Shown here one piece after another: positions 58,927-64,000 of a stretch of 64,000 nucleotides of DNA. Both the position numbers and the translations under genes were made by a program. The notes beneath the pieces are model-generated. The model ran no database searches, had not been told where the DNA came from, and worked only from the letters and a program-made list of their open reading frames with translations. Positions within the stretch are counted from its first letter, which is position 1, and the number at the start of each line of letters is the position of its first letter. The stretch is from Neoconidiobolus thromboides FSU 785 (lineage: Eukaryota > Fungi > Entomophthoromycota): positions 1-64,000 of the forward strand of contig MU626329.1 in assembly GCA_025603075.1 (NCBI GenBank), in the 5' to 3' direction.

Positions 58927-60345
58927 TTTGTATAGATTGTTTGTACAGCTAAAAGTTTTAGTACTTTTGACCTTTAACTATGACTTGAATCGTCCTTTTT
59001 ATACTTGGTTGATGTCTTACTTTTGTAGGTAGTGTCAAATCTTAAAAGTGTGATGAAATCATAATTCTTTTTAAAAAGTTTGTTATGATGAAGTAGCATA
59101 ATATTATAATAAATGATCTGATCATTTATACAAAAATAAAATAAAATTTTCTTTAATTGATATATTTACTTGAAAACCGAAATTTATCTTACTATTTTAA
59201 GAAACCTTTAGATATATATTATATTATTTTATATAGATTTACTATACCTAATTGAAACTAATATCCTATAAGCTATAAGCAACCATTTTAAAAAACATAA
59301 AATAGCAACTGATTAGAGGCAAAATATTTAATAGTACATTGGTAAATAAAAAATATTATCAATTTAGGCATAATAACCAAAAACAGGGATAAAACATAAA
59401 AGTGTGACCAAAAGTACCATGTGCTAAATGCAAAAGAAATGTTGGATGCAATTGCATCTCGTTTTATCATAATAAAATTTACTTAAATTGGTAGCTGTTT
59501 TTTATGAAAGTGAAAATAAAATTAAATCCCACATATTATCTTGACCAGGAACTCAAACACTTAGACGTCAAATAACAACATGATGGTATTTGGTTGCAAG
59601 TATCATGATAAGTTGAATGCGCAGTATACAGTCTACAAAAAGTATTGGGCTTGAAATGACTTGAAGTTAACATGGTTAAAAATGAATGAAAATTTAAATT
59701 CATTGTTTATTAAAGTACTTTATTCTTTATAAAAAAGATCCTTATAGAAGCGTGTATTATTTAGTAATAATTAATAATGACATGTATTATTAAATGTAAT
59801 ATAATACTTATAGTAATTAACTAATTACTGTACATATCTGTGTTTTAATCTTTTTTAAAACTATGATTATATTGTTGGACTATCGTATTGAATAATATAA
59901 CCTTTTTACAGGTATTCTTTTATCTACTTAAAAGCTTTGACCTAATCTCAATATAAATATTTTATGTATAGTTAAAATTTAAAAGCTCTTTATAAGTCAA
60001 TCATGTAATAACGAAAGCTAAAACCTGTTGGAAAGAAACCGAGTTTATAACTTTAAATCAGAAGGTATTTAATTCTTAATTACTCTTTATTTAAGATTTT
60101 TTACTGAGTTATTGGAACAATGATTTTTTATAGTTGAATTCGATTCTTTTAAACCAAACAATCTCTTTTTTATTTAGCATAAATATTTACATTTATATCA
60201 GAGCCCTTTGCACAGCCATTCAACTGTATTTACTAAAATCTTTTGTAAAATGAAATTATTCGAAGCACTGTTTAAAGAGTTGATCAGTTAATCTCGTTTT
60301 TTTATTTGTGAATATGTTTAAAATGAGCTATTTAAAGTAATATAT

Positions 60346-60441
60346 GAGGATTTTTTTTGGCTTAACTACTTTTTCCGTCTTTTAAGTACTGTTTGGGTAA
60401 AAAAATTGTTAGTAAATCCCTAAACACAAAAATACATCCCC
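60346..60441 (-). mobile_element. MITE copy
   Basis: ATAT on both sides. Confidence 0.85.
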
Positions 60442-61031
60442 ATATAAAAATTTTAGCTCACTTCAATTTCTTATTTTTTTTTAAAATATCTTACTAAGAC
60501 TATTTTGCATTCTATAATAACTATTTGTTTATTCTTATCAAAATAATCTGATTTATACGATTCGTTCTCAAAATTAGTTTGTTTTTGTATTTTTAATATT
60601 AGTAGATAGTTAGAAGATTCTTTAACTTTAAAGATAAGTGATTTTTTTAATATAATTAATTACAACAATAAAAACCGCATATTTTATTCTCACTAAATTT
60701 ATGCAAAATAAATATTCATTTATTGTTAATAATTTTAAGTTTTAAAGTTAAATCAAATAAACAAGCTTTTTAACTATAAGTTTTATACTAGTATTTTAAC
60801 ATATATAGTTTTTCAGTTTTTAAAAGGCATTAGAATATCCAAACTTTTTTGATACATATGATCATATTATCTGATTTAGATGTTTCATTTACCACTTATT
60901 TTATAAGCTCTGCCCTTCAATCAACCTACTATTCCTATTGCGTTTTTTTAGACAAAAATCCAGGTATAGGCTCACCTTTGCCCTACTCTACCTTAATATT
61001 GAACAGCAAATTTTCTGTCTTGATAGGATCT

Positions 61032-61131
61032 GGGGATGTATTTTTGTGTTTAAGAATTTTACTAACAAATTTTCCACTCAAATAGCGCTTAAAAAATGGA
61101 AAAAATAATGAAGTAAAAAAAAAACACTCCC
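61032..61131 (+). mobile_element. MITE copy (near consensus)
   Basis: ATCT on both sides. Confidence 0.9.
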
Positions 61132-61990
61132 ATCTTCTGGAACATTAAATATTGAGATTTAATTTCTGTAGTGCCAAGGTCATATCCAAACTATCATATG
61201 GCCTATATCAAATCGTTATTTTGCATAACTTAATAATATATTTGCTCTTATGGGCGCAAGGTTTTTTTTAGAAAATTGCAAGTTAAGATTTTTTGAATTT
61301 ATTTTCCAACTATAAGGAACATATTTCCTAATATCCTTGAACACCAGAAGATACAAATATTTTTTTGGAGCATCTTCAAAGCAGTGAAGTAAATGTTAAG
61401 CATAAATATCAATTTTTTAAATTAGAGTATTCATTTAGAAACTTATTTTAAATAATCCTTAGTTTTTTTAGCCAAGGACTTTGTTACTTCGTGAATACAC
61501 TTTGCGAAGACAAAAACCTCATATAATGGTAAATATCTTTATAAAAAACCACGTAAAAAATATGTAGAGCCATCAATTTTTTACAAAATTTGATTAGCAT
61601 AATGAATTTAGTTAATATCTATATTTTTCTACTCCGCATTTCTTACAAAAGAATTTCGAGATACTTTTTTGGATTACTCTAGATTTCAGCTATTTAATCT
61701 TAAAAGATAAGTTGATTTAAAAGCGTAGAAAGTTGAAACTAACAAACTTCAATAACATTACTAGACTTCATTTAAATATATAGATGATTACATAAAGTTT
61801 TACCAAGGTCTTATATAAATTTCTTAAAACTTTTATAAAAAACTACAACCTTTAGGAATGTCAGTTAGCTTCGGGGTTACCAAATTTAGAACTAAAATGA
61901 CGTTTAAAAGAAACTATTAATTGGTTAATTTAAAAAAGACTCCACGAATTTAAGATAATTATTTTTTATTCATTCAACATTTTATAGAAA

Positions 61991-63136
61991 ATGTCTGTTA
62001 CTTTAGATCCGCCATCACAACTTTTCTTTGAAAGTAATGATTGACCTGTGCTTAAAATTATTATTAACGTTTTATAGGACCTCTTACCAGATCAGCAACT
62101 GAAATTTTAACTTTAAGTAATAATGATTCTGAAGTGGTCACTTTTAAAGTAAAAACAACAAGTCCTAAGCAATATTGTGTACGACCCAACTCGGGTAAAA
62201 TTGAGCCAGGACAAAAAGTGGAAGTAGAAAGTAAATATTATTTTATAAAAATAAAAAATAGTTAGTTTAATTTTCATTTAGTTCTTTTGCAACCATTTAA
62301 AGAAGAGCCACCAGTCGATTTCAAATGCAAAGATAAGTTTTTGGTGCTTAGCGCTGCTATTCCACCAGAATATTCAGACTTTCCATTTTCTCAATTGGTA
62401 ATTAAAAAAGCTCGAATTAAAAGTTTATAATTTTAATTGTTATTTTTAGTGGTCAATTTTGGAACAGCAAAACAAAGGTGCAATTAAAGAAAAAAAGCTT
62501 CGTTGTGTTTTCCTCCCACCTTCAGATTTACCTAAGCCAACGATAAATACTAAAGTATGTTCAATCTATATTTAATTAACCTTATTTATTTTTAAAGGAT
62601 GATTCTTCTCCTATTGCTTCCCCTGAACCTTCCCCTAAATTCAGTACTGTTCGTGAAATTCCTACAATCAAAAGACAACCTGAAGAGAAAAAGAATTTGC
62701 TTCCTAGTTATAACTCAGTAGTTAACAGTCCTCCGCTTAATACGAGTTCTGTAAGTATATTTTATTTGTAAATTTAGTGACGCAAAAATTAATATAAAAA
62801 GAGTGAAGATAGGGAATTAGAATCGGTTAAAGCGGACCTCGAAAAGGTAATTCATTTTATATTGATTCATAATTTATAATTGAAAATTAGTCCAAATCCA
62901 TGATTAAACAACTTGAAGACGATTTAGATGTCTATAAAAATAAACTCAGAGCAAGTGAATCGAAGGTAAATGAGCTTTTATTATATTAAAGTGATAATTT
63001 ATCCTATTTTTAAAAGAGCAATTCAAGTCCACAAGTCACTTCTAACAATCGTGTTGCAGCTAACCCAGACTTAAATATACAAATCTTAGGGGCCGTAGCT
63101 TTGATCTCCTTTTTAATAGGATCTTGGCTTTTTTAA
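61991..63136 (+). CDS. SCS2: VAP/Scs2 MSP-domain ER membrane protein, 8 exons
   Basis: FKVKTTSPKQYCVRPNSG signature, KDKFLV, coiled coil and C-terminal TM. Exons 61991-62033, 62078-62230, 62282-62397, 62450-62554, 62598-62750, 62802-62846, 62891-62965, 63017-63136. Confidence 0.92.
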
Positions 63137-63489
63137 AATAAGTACTGCGATTAAACAGTTTCTACAGTATGATTGAATTTAATGCTGGTTTATTTTATGT
63201 TTGTATTAATCCGATTCTATTATCTATTGCCCTTAAATGTTAGCAATATACTACATAAACTGTTTAAGTATGCCTATAAAGTTAATTATTAGCAAGAGTA
63301 CACTGTTTTTACTTTTTGTTTATTTTTTATAGATATAAAAACTAAGAGTGTGATTCTCATTAAAAACATTCCTTTTTTCGATTTATTACAATATGATATT
63401 TTATTTGTGTAAAATCATAATAATAATTTTAATGTTTTATTAGTTTTACTTAATTCATAATTAATCCAAATTTATTCACTACATAAGAG

Positions 63490-63579
63490 TACTTTAATTT
63501 GTTTTAGCCTTCTATCTACTTTTAAGCAGCTTAAAACTGAAATAATTGTTAGTAAAATCTTTAAATAAAAAAACATTCT
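63490..63579 (-). mobile_element. MITE copy, degenerate
   Basis: TTTTAAGC...TGTTAGTAAAATCTTTAAATAAAAAAACATTC matches the reverse consensus. Confidence 0.55.
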
Positions 63580-63796
63580 TATGTTGTAAATAATTTTATA
63601 ACCTTATTCTACACTAAGCTTGTATTATTTTCAATTTTCAGTTCTTGATGCTAATAAGGTTAACCATAGACGATAAAAGTATCAAATAAAAAGATCCCTT
63701 TGTCCTTAAATCAATGTAGCAAATCAGAGTGCTTAAATTTAGCATAATGTTCGATTTTTACAAAAAAGGAGGTTGCTTTTTCTATACAAATTTAAA

Positions 63797-64000
63797 ATGA
63801 TGGATTATGATCATGATAATGGAGATTACTATCAATATGGTGGATACACTGATGATGATTCTGATAAGTAAATCCATACTTCGAAACATATCAAATAAGC
63901 TAATTTTAAAACTAGGATAGATAGTGAGACCGAGGAAGCATTGCAAAGTTATTTAAATTACAATAGCTTTTCAGCAACAAATAAAGTAGCAGGAAAAACT
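63797..64000 (+). CDS. 5' end of an intron-containing gene (possibly Air1/ZCCHC7-like)
   Basis: MMDYDHDNGDYYQYGGYTDDDSD, an intron at about 63868-63915, then KIDSETEEALQSYLNY... The frame stays open to the window edge. Confidence 0.55.

Noticed and set aside
58450-58935. Antisense 161-aa ORF (also 28222, 49314, 49727, 56465, 56969, 58470)
   Set aside because: Explained by codon bias of the real genes on the other strand or frame.
1770-63579. TA target duplication (Tc1/mariner, Stowaway-like) for the MITE
   Set aside because: Most copies are flanked by TA, but the copies with ATTT, AAGT and ATCT duplications have no TA next to the ends, so a 4-bp TSD explains more copies.
1770-63579. Repeats as a CRISPR array or SINE
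   Set aside because: They are dispersed, occur in both orientations and have terminal inverted repeats. There are no regular spacers, cas genes, A/B boxes or poly(A) tail.

Overview
Very AT-rich eukaryotic DNA with short GT-AG introns. It is most likely an early-diverging fungus; Entomophthoromycotina (Conidiobolus-like) is my inference from gene content and is not proven. The window is dominated by a family of intronless, rhodopsin-like (class A) 7TM receptors that have almost no N-terminal domain. Clade A is a minus-strand tandem array at 1.9-25.2 kb with 6 intact genes and 4 pseudogenes. Clade B has 5 intact genes at 35.7-53.7 kb, interleaved with 4 tRNA genes. All 11 intact receptors share an invariant TM5 Arg and TM6 Asp and lack DRY and NPxxY. 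A second layer is mobile DNA. There are about 25 copies of one ~100-bp MITE (GGGGATG...CATCCCC ends, 4-bp target duplications) and two remnants of a DDE transposon with the same terminus (Sola-like, the candidate autonomous partner). There is also a 5'-truncated L1-type LINE splitting a receptor gene, a 178-bp foldback element and a hAT-like scrap. Housekeeping genes are a ThiF-family TCD, Y14/RBM8A and VAP/Scs2. At 47.7-58.9 kb is a group of secreted proteins: DEPKK-repeat, Thr-rich repeat, CAP/PR-1 and ML/NPC2. All calls come from manual reading; no database searches were run.
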